DNA of 64,000 nt from a virus (lineage: Duplodnaviria > Caudoviricetes), in the IMG/VR virus record IMGVR_UViG_3300032319_000846, positions 64,001-128,000 of that record. One strand, 5' to 3'. The notes beneath the pieces were generated by a model, which was not told where the DNA came from, did not search any database, and was given only the letters and a program-made list of their open reading frames with translations. Position 1 is the first letter of the stretch; each line of letters opens with the position of its first letter. The position numbers were made by a program, and so were the translations under genes. Shown in pieces: positions 48,500-57,843 of this stretch.

Positions 48500-48947
48500 T
48501 TATAACAATATAAATTAAAAGAGGAACACTAACACCGCTTATTATTCCCAACACTTTTGTTATTTTATTTTTAACTATAATCTTTTTATTCTTTTTTTTT
48601 ATATCATCTTCTAATTGTAAAGCTCTTGCGTTACTTTTATTGTAAGCTTCTTGTAGTATTTCATTAGAAGTATTAGATATAGAAAGAAGATTAGCTATAA
48701 CATTAGAAGAAGCTTTTAAATTTTCTATTCTTTGAAATTGTATTTTTGCTACACTATCCATTTGTAGAATAAGACTATCCTGTTTACTTATAAGTAAATC
48801 AGCTTCAGCTAATAAACTATCTTTTTTTGCTTTATCTTTTAAAAGTAGTTTGATTAAAACTGTTTTATCCACCTTTTGAGTATACCCTAATAAGGGAATC
48901 CAAAGAAGCAGTAGAAGTAGAAGTTTTATATTTAGTTTTTTTAGCAT
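48486..48947 (-). CDS. Spanin-like secreted coiled-coil protein with a C-terminal hydrophobic helix (153 aa)
   Basis: Signal peptide, coiled coil and C-terminal TM segment; overlaps the upstream gene; downstream of the endolysin. Confidence 0.45.
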   Translation of the reverse strand: MLKKLNIKLLLLLLLWIPLLGYTQKVDKTVLIKLLLKDKAKKDSLLAEADLLISKQDSLILQMDSVAKIQFQRIENLKASSNVIANLLSISNTSNEILQEAYNKSNARALQLEDDIKKKNKKIIVKNKITKVLGIISGVSVPLLIYIVINALK

Positions 48948-49239
48948 CGTATTTAACTTTTTGTACTGTTACCGATTGTTTAATTTCAACAACTTTAGGG
49001 GCATTAACAGCTTCAAGTTTTTCTAATTCTTCTTGTTCTTTTTGTAGATTAGTTCTTTTTTCATTTAAAAACTCTTGATATACTTTTAACCCTTCTAAAG
49101 CTTGTTTTACTTTTAAACTATCCATTTCTGTTTGTGTCGATGTAGAAATATTCACTTTATCTTTAAATAAAGAAAAAACTAATATAATACCCAATACAAC
49201 TAATCCTATTTCTTTCCAATACTTTTTTAATTTTTCCAT
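48865..49239 (-). CDS. Inner-membrane spanin-like protein (124 aa)
   Basis: N-terminal TM segment plus coiled coil, immediately after the endolysin. Confidence 0.5.
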   Translation of the reverse strand: MEKLKKYWKEIGLVVLGIILVFSLFKDKVNISTSTQTEMDSLKVKQALEGLKVYQEFLNEKRTNLQKEQEELEKLEAVNAPKVVEIKQSVTVQKVKYDAKKTKYKTSTSTASLDSLIRVYSKGG

Positions 49240-49240
49240 T

Positions 49241-49774
49241 TTATGAATAACCTTTAGATTTAAACCATTGCAAACATCTTACATATCTTGTTTGTGTGTC
49301 AATAAGTCCATTATATCCTCCATTTATGATTCTTGTTATTTCTTTAATATTTCCTTTATCTGCTAATTTATTTAAATCTTTCAAATTCCAATACCATCCA
49401 CATGATTTAGCAGCCCATTCTATTTCTTTTAATAGTTCAGGTTTACTTACAAAATCTTTATTATATGCTTTTGATAAAATTGAATAATTATTTTTACCAG
49501 TTATCATAATCCATCCTTTTCCTTTATATTTAACTCCATCTCCTTTAGATGTATTACCTAAATCTTTTCTTCCTTCATAAGCTTGTCCAGAAGCAGATTC
49601 TTCTAATGTATTAAAAGATGCGCATTCATGTCCAATTCTTGCTAAAAAAGCACTCACTCTTAATGGATTATCTATATTATAAAAAGCAAATAACCAATTA
49701 AGCCATTTTACAACTTCTTCATTTTTTGGAAATCCTTTAACTAATTGTACATACTCTGCTAATATAAATTGCAT
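49241..49774 (-). CDS. Endolysin, glycoside hydrolase family 19
   Basis: AFLA.IGHE...LEE...YEGR.DLGN...GDG.KYKG.G.I.ITGK.NY...W.W...LN.LAD...ITRIINGG.NGL. Confidence 0.92.
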   Translation of the reverse strand: MQFILAEYVQLVKGFPKNEEVVKWLNWLFAFYNIDNPLRVSAFLARIGHECASFNTLEESASGQAYEGRKDLGNTSKGDGVKYKGKGWIMITGKNNYSILSKAYNKDFVSKPELLKEIEWAAKSCGWYWNLKDLNKLADKGNIKEITRIINGGYNGLIDTQTRYVRCLQWFKSKGYS

Positions 49775-50062
49775 ATTTATTATATTTTTAAATTAAAATA
49801 CAAATATTATATTTTATTTATAATATGTTGTTGTTTTATCTCTTTTTTATCATTAAAAAATGTTTTGTAAAACAATAAAATAGCAATTAATATAAGAATG
49901 GAAAACTCTTTATTAAAATATTTTTCAAAAATTTTTAAAAACTTATAGCTTCGTTCCAATATACACTTGCTTGATTGTTAGGAAGGCCAGAACATGCAAC
50001 ACCCCATGTATAAACATTTCCTCTAACAGCATCCCCACAAATAGTAACAACAGAAGCGCAAT

Positions 50063-51499
50063 TTATACACCACCATTAAATTGACAAGAGCAACTATTAG
50101 TAACATAATAATACCCCTCATTACAAGAAGGAATATTAAATGCTGGTGCATTAACTGTCCAAATTTTACTTGGATATAAACTATATCTTAGGAGAATAGT
50201 ATTACTACTATACCCATCATAAATTTTGTTAAAGGAAGAAGTAGTTATTGTCCATGTACTTCCATTATCATTTGAATATTGATAATCACCAGAAGGACAT
50301 CCAGAAGTTATATTATTACTAATCTCCATTGTAACTCTTTTTCTTTCTGTACTTCCACTTACACAAACAACATTTACACTATCATATGTAAGATTAAAAC
50401 ATAATTCACAAAGATTAGTATTATTATCTAAATTAACTGATGTTTGACACGTTGAATCAGAATTAGCTATAATAATAGTTTGACCTTTTATAGCACTTGT
50501 GGTTACATTACCTGTTGTATTACTCCAAGTAGTTCCGTTGTCAGTACTATATTTATAATTTCCTGTCCCACCACTAATTAAAAAGTTTACAGTGTATGTA
50601 GAAGAAGAATTATTATTACATGAATATGTAATTGAACCTGTTGTAAGACTACAAGTATTACAATTTCTTTGACTAACTCCTGCTAATTTAGGTATAGGTG
50701 TACAATTATTAACTGTATATTCTGCAAAGAAGTATCTATTAATATTATTACTGTTTACAACAAACATGTTAGATAATTGCCAATTATTTACAGTAGAAAC
50801 ATCATTAATTATACTCCATCCGTATCTTATAAAAGCTGGAGTATTTCCTGAAGTTTTAGAAATAGTTACAGTATATGTAGATTCACAATTTCCTATAGCA
50901 CTTTCTAATATTTCAAATTGTAAATTACAAACTGGGTTTGTATCGGCATCTATTATTTCTTGTATCACACCATTAACTATTCTAACACCTTTTATTCCAC
51001 AATTAGGAGGTGCTATAGCTCCAGAAGTACAATAATTAGCTGAATCTAAATAAGCTAAATACCATCCATTATGAGAAGAAGGAGAGCAATCATTAAAATT
51101 ACAAGGTAAATGATATACTATTCCTCCGAGATTAAAATTATTTATAGCGTAAGTAGTACCTGATGCTCCATTATATCCAGAACATAAATATTGATATATC
51201 TCACTTTCAGAAAAAGAATTACTTATTCCTCCCTGTTTTCCTTTTATATTATAGAACACATTATTTGTTCTATTACATGTAGAACAATTTAATGTACTAT
51301 TTCCAGATGTATAAGAAGTACATCCGTCTTTTTCTACAACAGCATAATAACTCTCACCATTTGTATGTGCAAATATTCTTGTATAATTTGAAGTATTTGT
51401 AGTGTCTGTAAAAACAGGGGAATTGCTCCCTACTTGATAAACTTTTATCGTATAGGGAGCAGCTCCTCCTGTTATACCATTTATACTAATATTTCCCAT
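50063..51499 (-). CDS. Cys-rich surface fibre/decoration protein with SprB-like repeats (478 aa), possibly frameshift-truncated
   Basis: GG.APYT, SGGTGNYKYSTDNG.TW and YQYSNDNG.TW repeats; many Cys; plausible continuation in another frame to 49935. Confidence 0.6.
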   Translation of the reverse strand: MGNISINGITGGAAPYTIKVYQVGSNSPVFTDTTNTSNYTRIFAHTNGESYYAVVEKDGCTSYTSGNSTLNCSTCNRTNNVFYNIKGKQGGISNSFSESEIYQYLCSGYNGASGTTYAINNFNLGGIVYHLPCNFNDCSPSSHNGWYLAYLDSANYCTSGAIAPPNCGIKGVRIVNGVIQEIIDADTNPVCNLQFEILESAIGNCESTYTVTISKTSGNTPAFIRYGWSIINDVSTVNNWQLSNMFVVNSNNINRYFFAEYTVNNCTPIPKLAGVSQRNCNTCSLTTGSITYSCNNNSSSTYTVNFLISGGTGNYKYSTDNGTTWSNTTGNVTTSAIKGQTIIIANSDSTCQTSVNLDNNTNLCELCFNLTYDSVNVVCVSGSTERKRVTMEISNNITSGCPSGDYQYSNDNGSTWTITTSSFNKIYDGYSSNTILLRYSLYPSKIWTVNAPAFNIPSCNEGYYYVTNSCSCQFNGGV

Positions 51500-51505
51500 A
51501 AATTA

Positions 51506-52042
51506 TTAACAATTTACTCCTGTTACTGCCAATACTAACGTACAAGATACATTTTGTACGTTAACAGTACATGCAATAGGGGAACTTCTTCCACATTCAT
51601 CTGTAATTGTAGCTGTTACTGTATAATTACCAGCAGTAGGAAAATTAAATGTAGGGTCTAAACTACTTTGTCCATTTACTAATGTAGCTCCATTGCTAAC
51701 ACTCCAATTAACGGCAATGGTACCAATAAATCCAGAAAGATTAAATGCTCTTTGACCAACATTAATTGCTGTAGTTGGACAATTTAAGCTACCTCCTGTA
51801 GAAGCACAACAGTGTGTAAAGTTACTTGTCTGAGTACCACAACCAGATTTACTAACTTGTAAAATCATAGCATGTGATACACCTTTTGTTAAACCAGCAT
51901 CAATATAGGGTTCTGCGTTAGCTCCCACTACTAGAGCTCGACAAGCTGTACATCTGTCTGTTGATTCTCCTGATTTTCTTACAGAAACATCAAAAGGAGG
52001 AGCACCAGTTGTTGTTGTTAAATTATAACTTACACTTGGCAT
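51506..52042 (-). CDS. Cys-rich Ig/PKD-like virion protein (178 aa)
   Basis: P.FNFP.AGNYTVTATITD.CG (PKD-like); paralogous to 52064..52606. Confidence 0.6.
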   Translation of the reverse strand: MPSVSYNLTTTTGAPPFDVSVRKSGESTDRCTACRALVVGANAEPYIDAGLTKGVSHAMILQVSKSGCGTQTSNFTHCCASTGGSLNCPTTAINVGQRAFNLSGFIGTIAVNWSVSNGATLVNGQSSLDPTFNFPTAGNYTVTATITDECGRSSPIACTVNVQNVSCTLVLAVTGVNC

Positions 52043-52063
52043 TTTATTTATTAAAGTTTAAAA

Positions 52064-52606
52064 TTAACATGTTATTGTGACAGTTCCTACTGATAATGTG
52101 CAAGTTGCTGCTTGAGGAGATATAGGAACACAAATGTTTCTTGTTCCACAAGAATTTATATTATAACATATTGAAAAAGGTTGAGTACCTACATTTACAC
52201 TAACATCATTATTAGTAGAAGATACTATAGAAGCATTACCTCCAACAATACTCCAGCCATTATTTTGACCTACAATAACATAATTACCCTCAATTCCAGA
52301 TATAGTAAACGTTTGTTGGGTATTTTGAACAGGTGTTACTCCTCCTAATATACTTCCTCCTGTTGCAGGACAACAAATTGTTTGAATACTACTATCACTA
52401 CAAGCTCCTTCAGAAATTACTAAATTCATTGTGTATGTAACACCTTTAGTTAAATCTGACCCATTAAAATTAGAAACATGATTTCCGTTTCCTTTTCCTG
52501 AACAGTTTGTTTGACATCTATTATTTGAACTATCTCCTCCAGTTATGGAGACACTTGCTCCTCCTTGAGAAGTACTTCCTGATATTGTATAACTTATTTG
52601 TGGCAT
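52064..52606 (-). CDS. Cys-rich Ig-like virion protein (180 aa), paralog of its neighbour
   Basis: Shares MP..SY, RC..C, LTKGV...M.L..S...C, CC..TGGS and C-terminal CTL.......C. Confidence 0.6.
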   Translation of the reverse strand: MPQISYTISGSTSQGGASVSITGGDSSNNRCQTNCSGKGNGNHVSNFNGSDLTKGVTYTMNLVISEGACSDSSIQTICCPATGGSILGGVTPVQNTQQTFTISGIEGNYVIVGQNNGWSIVGGNASIVSSTNNDVSVNVGTQPFSICYNINSCGTRNICVPISPQAATCTLSVGTVTITC

Positions 52607-52607
52607 T

Positions 52608-52760
52608 TTAACAATTTATATTTGAATTATTTAAATCTAATTGACAACAATTAGAAACTATATTAACAAGCATACAACTTGATGAACACAATTGTGTTGT
52701 ATACTACTTTATATGATATACTCTTATTGCTAAATTACTGAAACAAATTATTTAAATTGA
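52608..52760 (-). pseudogene. Decayed C-terminal fragment of the Cys-rich family
   Basis: Frame reads SNLAIRVYHIK*YTTQLCSSSCMLVNIVSNCCQLDLNNSNINC*, with the same CC.L.......C* ending as neighbours but internal stops. Confidence 0.4.
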
Positions 52761-52841
52761 TTAAAGCTCAAACATTCATAATTTGTATTATATAAAAAAG
52801 CAGATATTCTTAATGGTGAATTGATTTTGTGAGTTTTATTA

Positions 52842-53141
52842 TTATTCCAATTTAATTAAATTATTTACTTTAGGAGGCACTTTAAAAACACTATCTATTT
52901 TATCATAATCTTTCTTATCTAAAAGAAAATAACGATTGTCTTTTTTAAAAAGAATTGTTTTATTACAAATATCCGAATTTTTTAGTTTAAATTTCCTTTC
53001 TAACTCAGAAATGTAGGAATATATAGTATTGCTTTCTTTAATATCAAAGTAAGTTTTTAAAATTAACAGCAGTACAACAAAAACAATTAAAATTTTATGG
53101 TAGTTTATACGTGATTTTATCAAGAGTTTTTCCATAATCAT
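52842..53141 (-). CDS. Small membrane-anchored protein (~97-99 aa)
   Basis: Single hydrophobic helix; overlaps the upstream holin-like gene. Confidence 0.5.
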   Translation of the reverse strand: MIMEKLLIKSRINYHKILIVFVVLLLILKTYFDIKESNTIYSYISELERKFKLKNSDICNKTILFKKDNRYFLLDKKDYDKIDSVFKVPPKVNNLIKLE

Positions 53142-53451
53142 TCATTGTACGATTGATTTCCTGTAAATTTATTTTAATCTCTGATAAAAAAGCTGTTTGT
53201 AATGTGAAAAGCTTTTCATTTAATTCTTTTACTTCATCATCTTTTTCTTTCTGAAGTGTTCTTACTATATCCTTAGTAGTTTTTAATTCTCTATATAAAA
53301 AATAACAGATTATACCAAGCAGTGCATTTATGGTTACTTTTTCCCAAGCTGTATTTAATATACCTACTTCATCTGCGTTAACAAATGAAGCTTGTCCCCA
53401 CAATACATAGCTTAATGATAGAAACAAAATTAAAAATAAGTATTTCAGCAT
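53095..53451 (-). CDS. Holin-like membrane protein (118 aa)
   Basis: Signal/TM helix, second TM (INALLGIICYFLY), then a charged coiled coil. Confidence 0.45.
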   Translation of the reverse strand: MLKYLFLILFLSLSYVLWGQASFVNADEVGILNTAWEKVTINALLGIICYFLYRELKTTKDIVRTLQKEKDDEVKELNEKLFTLQTAFLSEIKINLQEINRTMNDYGKTLDKITYKLP

Positions 53452-53535
53452 TTTAAACAGGTTGAAATATAATAGTATCGGTTGATTTTGTATATATGAT
53501 AATTCCTATTTTAATAAAATTGACAGGAGCATATC

Positions 53536-53736
53536 TTAATGTATATTGACTACTTGAACTTGGGTAAAAACAATTTTTGAAGCTCCACAAGTTTCTGTTC
53601 TTGTAAAATTCACTCTATTTAATGTACTTACAGAGCTATCTAAAACACTGTAAATACAATTTGATGTGCATAATTCTCTGGGATTTATTTCAACTGAAAA
53701 TGGAGCCTGTCTTAAATTCACTGTATATGTACTTAT
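53536..53736 (-). pseudogene. Degenerate N-terminal fragment of the Cys-rich family (ATA in place of ATG)
   Basis: (I)STYTVNLRQAPFSVEINPRELCTSNC resembles the N-termini of 51506..52042 and 52064..52606; stops prematurely. Confidence 0.35.
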
Positions 53737-53739
53737 AAT

Positions 53740-55287
53740 TTAACAAGTTGTATTGAGAGTATTAATTGTAACATTACAGCAATCTGGTTTTGAAATTGAG
53801 ACTTGTCTTTGTACATAGTTGTTACATGTATTATCTCTATAAAGTCTTATAGTGTACACTTGAGAACTTGTAAGTGGAGGAGGAAGAGTGATTGTTGCGC
53901 TGTTTGCAGTAATTGAAGGACTATTTCCCGAATTACAATTGTTAACACATGTAAAATCTGGGCCCAAACAATATATATAACTTACAAATCCTGTAAGATT
54001 TGTCATTACTACTTTAGCAAATGTTTCATTTTCAGTTGTTTGTGGATTATCAGCACATACAGCTTGTGTAACAGAAATTTGAACATCCTGACATGAAGGA
54101 GAATTAAGAGTTTGCAGAACATTTAAATAACACAGTGGGGCATAGAATATTCTAATGTAATAAGTGTTGGCAGCTAAAGACGATAAGTTATAGGATGAAG
54201 CATTTAATGGAGTAGCAGATTGCCAATCTAATGTCTCAAATCCTGAGGTGTTATAAGCAATTCTATTTCCATTAAGAATTCCATTTATGTAAATACTTCC
54301 GTTTGATTGAGCAATATTTGCTATACAAGTAGGATGATTTAATTCAATGCTACAATAAGAAGGTATTACAGTTGTAACCGATGTACAAGTTCCTTTGGTA
54401 TTTGCATTTGCTTGACCTTCTATATTAAATCCAGCAGTATCATTAGCAGCAGCTAAATCAGCAGCAGCTTGATTTACTCTAGAAGTATATGTTTTGTTAA
54501 ATGCAACATCGCTTCCACTAGAAGGTTCTCCACATTGGTTGTTTGCACAATTATTTCTTTTAAACATTCCAGTTCTTGTTGCTGTATATATTATAGTGTT
54601 GGATGTAATTACAAGTGAATTACTATTAGCACTTATGTCACAAGCTGTATTACATTTTGCAAAATACGTACCTGCACCTACATTAAGTGATGGTCCAATT
54701 CCTGCATATGTTGAATTTCTATACCAATAAACAGTTCCGTTACAATTTGTAGATGTAAGACTTGCAGATTCATTTGGTTGTAAAGATGTATTAGATGCAC
54801 TAATAACTGGAACAGTTGGTTCAGGAGTACAATTTTCACAAGATTGAGGACATTCATTTGTAGAAGCATATAAAGAAATTGTTTCATTTAATAAATTCTC
54901 AAGCAGTTTGTTATTATCAACTCCTAATAATAATTTAAAATCATCAGTGATTTCTAATGTAAGAGGTTCATCTACTATTACCTTATCTTCCAAGTATCCT
55001 GTTTGTCCATCTTCTGCATTCACTTTAACTTTTTCATCAAAGATAGCCCCATCAAATGTAATAAGTGCTAGTTTTGCATCTAGCACTTCAAAGATTTTTT
55101 CTACACTAACATTTCCATCTAAACCTATAAAGGCTTTAATATTGGAAAGTTGAGGTTCGTTGAATTTATAAATTACACAAGCAGCATCAAGTTTTTCTTC
55201 ACAATTATCTTCTACACAATTGTTCATCTGTGAACATGTACATACATCTTCACACTCTTCACATATATTACATGTTTTATTACACAT
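53740..55287 (-). CDS. Cys-rich fibre/decoration protein (515 aa) with a DUF5977-like segment
   Basis: F.RNNC......GS.V......YTS..Q..AD..A.......GQA.AN..GTC; EKVKV...D...GYLEDK. Confidence 0.6.
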   Translation of the reverse strand: MCNKTCNICEECEDVCTCSQMNNCVEDNCEEKLDAACVIYKFNEPQLSNIKAFIGLDGNVSVEKIFEVLDAKLALITFDGAIFDEKVKVNAEDGQTGYLEDKVIVDEPLTLEITDDFKLLLGVDNNKLLENLLNETISLYASTNECPQSCENCTPEPTVPVISASNTSLQPNESASLTSTNCNGTVYWYRNSTYAGIGPSLNVGAGTYFAKCNTACDISANSNSLVITSNTIIYTATRTGMFKRNNCANNQCGEPSSGSDVAFNKTYTSRVNQAAADLAAANDTAGFNIEGQANANTKGTCTSVTTVIPSYCSIELNHPTCIANIAQSNGSIYINGILNGNRIAYNTSGFETLDWQSATPLNASSYNLSSLAANTYYIRIFYAPLCYLNVLQTLNSPSCQDVQISVTQAVCADNPQTTENETFAKVVMTNLTGFVSYIYCLGPDFTCVNNCNSGNSPSITANSATITLPPPLTSSQVYTIRLYRDNTCNNYVQRQVSISKPDCCNVTINTLNTTC

Positions 55288-55293
55288 TGATTA

Positions 55294-56469
55294 TTAATTT
55301 ACGGAAAATCCTCTAAACTCTATTTTTAAAGTACTTGTAGCAAACGTTGTTAGTTGTTTTACATCTGTTGGAAGAAGTATCCCACCAGTATTTATTAGTA
55401 TTGTTTTAGTACTATTATTTATATCAATATATTGAAAATTTACAGGGGCTCCTGTATTTTGTATATAAAAAGTAAGCGGAATATTACTTGATTTTACTAA
55501 ATCGTTAAATGTAGCGCGATAAGTAGAAGTGAGTGTTATCTCACTTAATATTGCTGCTGTAGAAGCTGGAGCTACATATAATCCATTTGTATTTTTTAAT
55601 TGATTATTTGCAGTTGAGCTTATTTTTACATCTCCTGTTAATGTAGGAGTTCTATTTACATTTGTAGTAAAAGTAAAATCAATTGTATTACTGTCTACAA
55701 CTGTAAGAGGTGTTTGAGCTACATTTGCTACATTACCTATATCTACACTACTGTCTCCAATTGAAAGGATGCTTCCTGCTAACTTTAGAATAGGAGCAGG
55801 AAGATTAACATAGCTACCCCCAGTAATACTTAATACACCTGCATTTGATAGAGATAGTTTTGGAGGAATAGGTTCGTTTACAGTAGGAACAGCTACATAT
55901 AATCCATCAAGTTTTGCCTCTAATTTGTTTCCAAGTACTTCACTTATTTTAACAGAAGCTCCTATTGTAGGCCCTACTGATGTAAGTAATACAGTTTTGC
56001 TTGATAAAACTACTAAAGGGGGATTTATCTGTGGTGATGAAATCTTTGCAATTTTATCTGAGAGTTTTTGCAACACTACTTTTAATGTAGAGGTAGTGGT
56101 AAATCCTGCAAAAGAAGTGTCGTTAATTCCCGGAATTTCTAAAACACCAACCCTTGTTTTAAGAGAAACAATATCTGCACTATTTGTAGTGTTAGTTGTT
56201 ACAGTGTTAGTTGTTTTAATAGAAAGGTTTGCTAATTCTACAGAAGTTGATTCTGCAAAATTCTTCATTGTAGAAATTGTATATTTTCCCTTCATATAAG
56301 GCATCTTATATTTGTTAAAATCAAAGGGATATTCACTTCCTATAATACTATCAATTTTTTCTAAAAGAGTATTCAAATAAGTTCCATTTCCTAAATTAAG
56401 GAAAGGAAGATTTGGAGTTTCTTTAGAATAATAAAACAGGTCTTGGGTTGAATTACAACTTTCACACAT
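55294..56469 (-). CDS. Fibre-like virion protein (391 aa)
   Basis: Two VKIS...N.L....GLYV repeats and LSL.N..LSI.GG..V.LP segments. Confidence 0.6.
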   Translation of the reverse strand: MCESCNSTQDLFYYSKETPNLPFLNLGNGTYLNTLLEKIDSIIGSEYPFDFNKYKMPYMKGKYTISTMKNFAESTSVELANLSIKTTNTVTTNTTNSADIVSLKTRVGVLEIPGINDTSFAGFTTTSTLKVVLQKLSDKIAKISSPQINPPLVVLSSKTVLLTSVGPTIGASVKISEVLGNKLEAKLDGLYVAVPTVNEPIPPKLSLSNAGVLSITGGSYVNLPAPILKLAGSILSIGDSSVDIGNVANVAQTPLTVVDSNTIDFTFTTNVNRTPTLTGDVKISSTANNQLKNTNGLYVAPASTAAILSEITLTSTYRATFNDLVKSSNIPLTFYIQNTGAPVNFQYIDINNSTKTILINTGGILLPTDVKQLTTFATSTLKIEFRGFSVN

Positions 56470-56896
56470 TTGGTAAATATATTTTATTCGATGTATTATT
56501 CAATTTATTATTAATGTTGCATAATTCTTGAAAAATCAATACAAAAGCTTCATCATATCCTACAATAGTTTTATTTGCAGATGGAGAAATACATGTACCA
56601 TCTAAATTGATTGTACGTACATCTACAATTGGATTACTTACACTTTGTTTCAACTTGCCTACTTCATCAATTAAAGCTTGTATGTATTGAATAAATGTAG
56701 TAAAATCTCCTTGCATCCATTTTTTATCAATATCTCCATTGACAAGTGTAGATAGTGCTGTAATGTTATCATCTAGTTTTTTTATGATTTCTTCTACACT
56801 TTTTTTATCTTGTAAAGTGTTGTAAAAACTCAATTTACTTCCCTGCCATTTTAAACAAGTGGTAGAAAGGTATTCATTACATGTATCAGCAGCCAT
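56462..56896 (-). CDS. Virion fibre-associated protein (144 aa)
   Basis: C.E.L.T.C..W.G start and EEIIKKLD motif shared with neighbours. Confidence 0.55.
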   Translation of the reverse strand: MAADTCNEYLSTTCLKWQGSKLSFYNTLQDKKSVEEIIKKLDDNITALSTLVNGDIDKKWMQGDFTTFIQYIQALIDEVGKLKQSVSNPIVDVRTINLDGTCISPSANKTIVGYDEAFVLIFQELCNINNKLNNTSNKIYLPNV

Positions 56897-57020
56897 ATCT
56901 ATTCTTTAGTAATAACAATTTAATTTTGTATATATTTCTTTTGCTTTTTATTGCAAGTTTTTTTTCTGCATAAAGTTTACTTGCTTCTTTTATGATTTCA
57001 TTATTATGTACAAGTAACAT
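56886..57020 (-). CDS. Small basic protein (44 aa, MLLVHNNEIIKEASK...RYGC), not in the ORF track
   Basis: Fills the gap with short overlaps on both sides. Confidence 0.4.
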   Translation of the reverse strand: MLLVHNNEIIKEASKLYAEKKLAIKSKRNIYKIKLLLLKNRYGC

Positions 57021-57288
57021 TAGTTATTCTGTTTTTTAAAAATGTTAAATCATATAAACAATAATTTCCTGTATTTATCATACTTTGTACAGCACCTAAA
57101 GCAGCATGAGTTTCATATTGGGTGACGTTTATAAACAAATTGTTTGCTAAAAAACACTCAAGTTTTATTTTTAATTGAGCAAGTTCTACAAGAGTGATAA
57201 TACATCCTTCTGTTGTTTCAGGTGGTGTATAATTTGGCTGTGATTGTTGAGCTAATTGTTGTGCTTTTTGTTGACAAGGTACACACAT
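57004..57288 (-). CDS. Small Cys-containing structural protein (94 aa)
   Basis: ORF track; operon context. Confidence 0.55.
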   Translation of the reverse strand: MCVPCQQKAQQLAQQSQPNYTPPETTEGCIITLVELAQLKIKLECFLANNLFINVTQYETHAALGAVQSMINTGNYCLYDLTFLKNRITNVTCT

Positions 57289-57290
57289 AT

Positions 57291-57776
57291 TTATTCACAC
57301 GTTAATTTAGAAAGTTTATTTTGAGCTTCTTTAAAGAATGTTACAGCTTGAGTTAATTTATTATTAATTGCCGCTGCTTTAGAAGCCTGTAAATATAACT
57401 CTATTTCCCATGCATTATCAATAGATAAGTGTTGATTTTCTCCTATTTTTTCTAAGTAGGATAAAAACTCCTTTTTAAATTTTACATCTCTTACATAATA
57501 ATGTGTAATGCTGTATTTATCTGAAGGAGAGATTGTATATTTAATTTCGTACACCCCATCAGGAAATTCAGCAGCTTCATATTTAAGTTGTTTAGTAGAA
57601 ATGTTGTTAACTTTAGAAGGAGTGATAAACAAAGAACACCATTCTGTAAATCCCGGAAATCTTACATAAAGAGTTGGAAGTTGAGGTGGTTGCATATAAG
57701 AAGATTCATCATTAATCACAATTAAAGATGAATTATCAGAATCAAGAACTGAGAATTGAAGATTGTGTCTTGCCAT
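57291..57776 (-). CDS. Putative tail hub/fibre-attachment protein (161 aa)
   Basis: I.DES.Y and FPDGVYEIKYTI.P motifs; follows the auxiliary capsid gene as hub genes do in crAss-like phages. Confidence 0.5.
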   Translation of the reverse strand: MARHNLQFSVLDSDNSSLIVINDESSYMQPPQLPTLYVRFPGFTEWCSLFITPSKVNNISTKQLKYEAAEFPDGVYEIKYTISPSDKYSITHYYVRDVKFKKEFLSYLEKIGENQHLSIDNAWEIELYLQASKAAAINNKLTQAVTFFKEAQNKLSKLTCE

Positions 57777-57791
57777 TATTGTTTTTAAAAC

Positions 57792-57821
57792 AAAAAAGCA
57801 GCAGCATTAGCCACTGCTTTT
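57792..57821 (-). terminator. Intrinsic terminator after the capsid operon
   Basis: Minus strand GCAGTGGC-taat-GCTGCTGC-TTTTTT. Confidence 0.75.
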
Positions 57822-57843
57822 ATTATATCAAACTAACCTTAAA

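Noticed and set aside
49935-55287. Diversity-generating retroelement acting on the Cys-rich genes
   Set aside because: No reverse transcriptase and no TR/VR pair with adenine-specific mismatches visible in the window.
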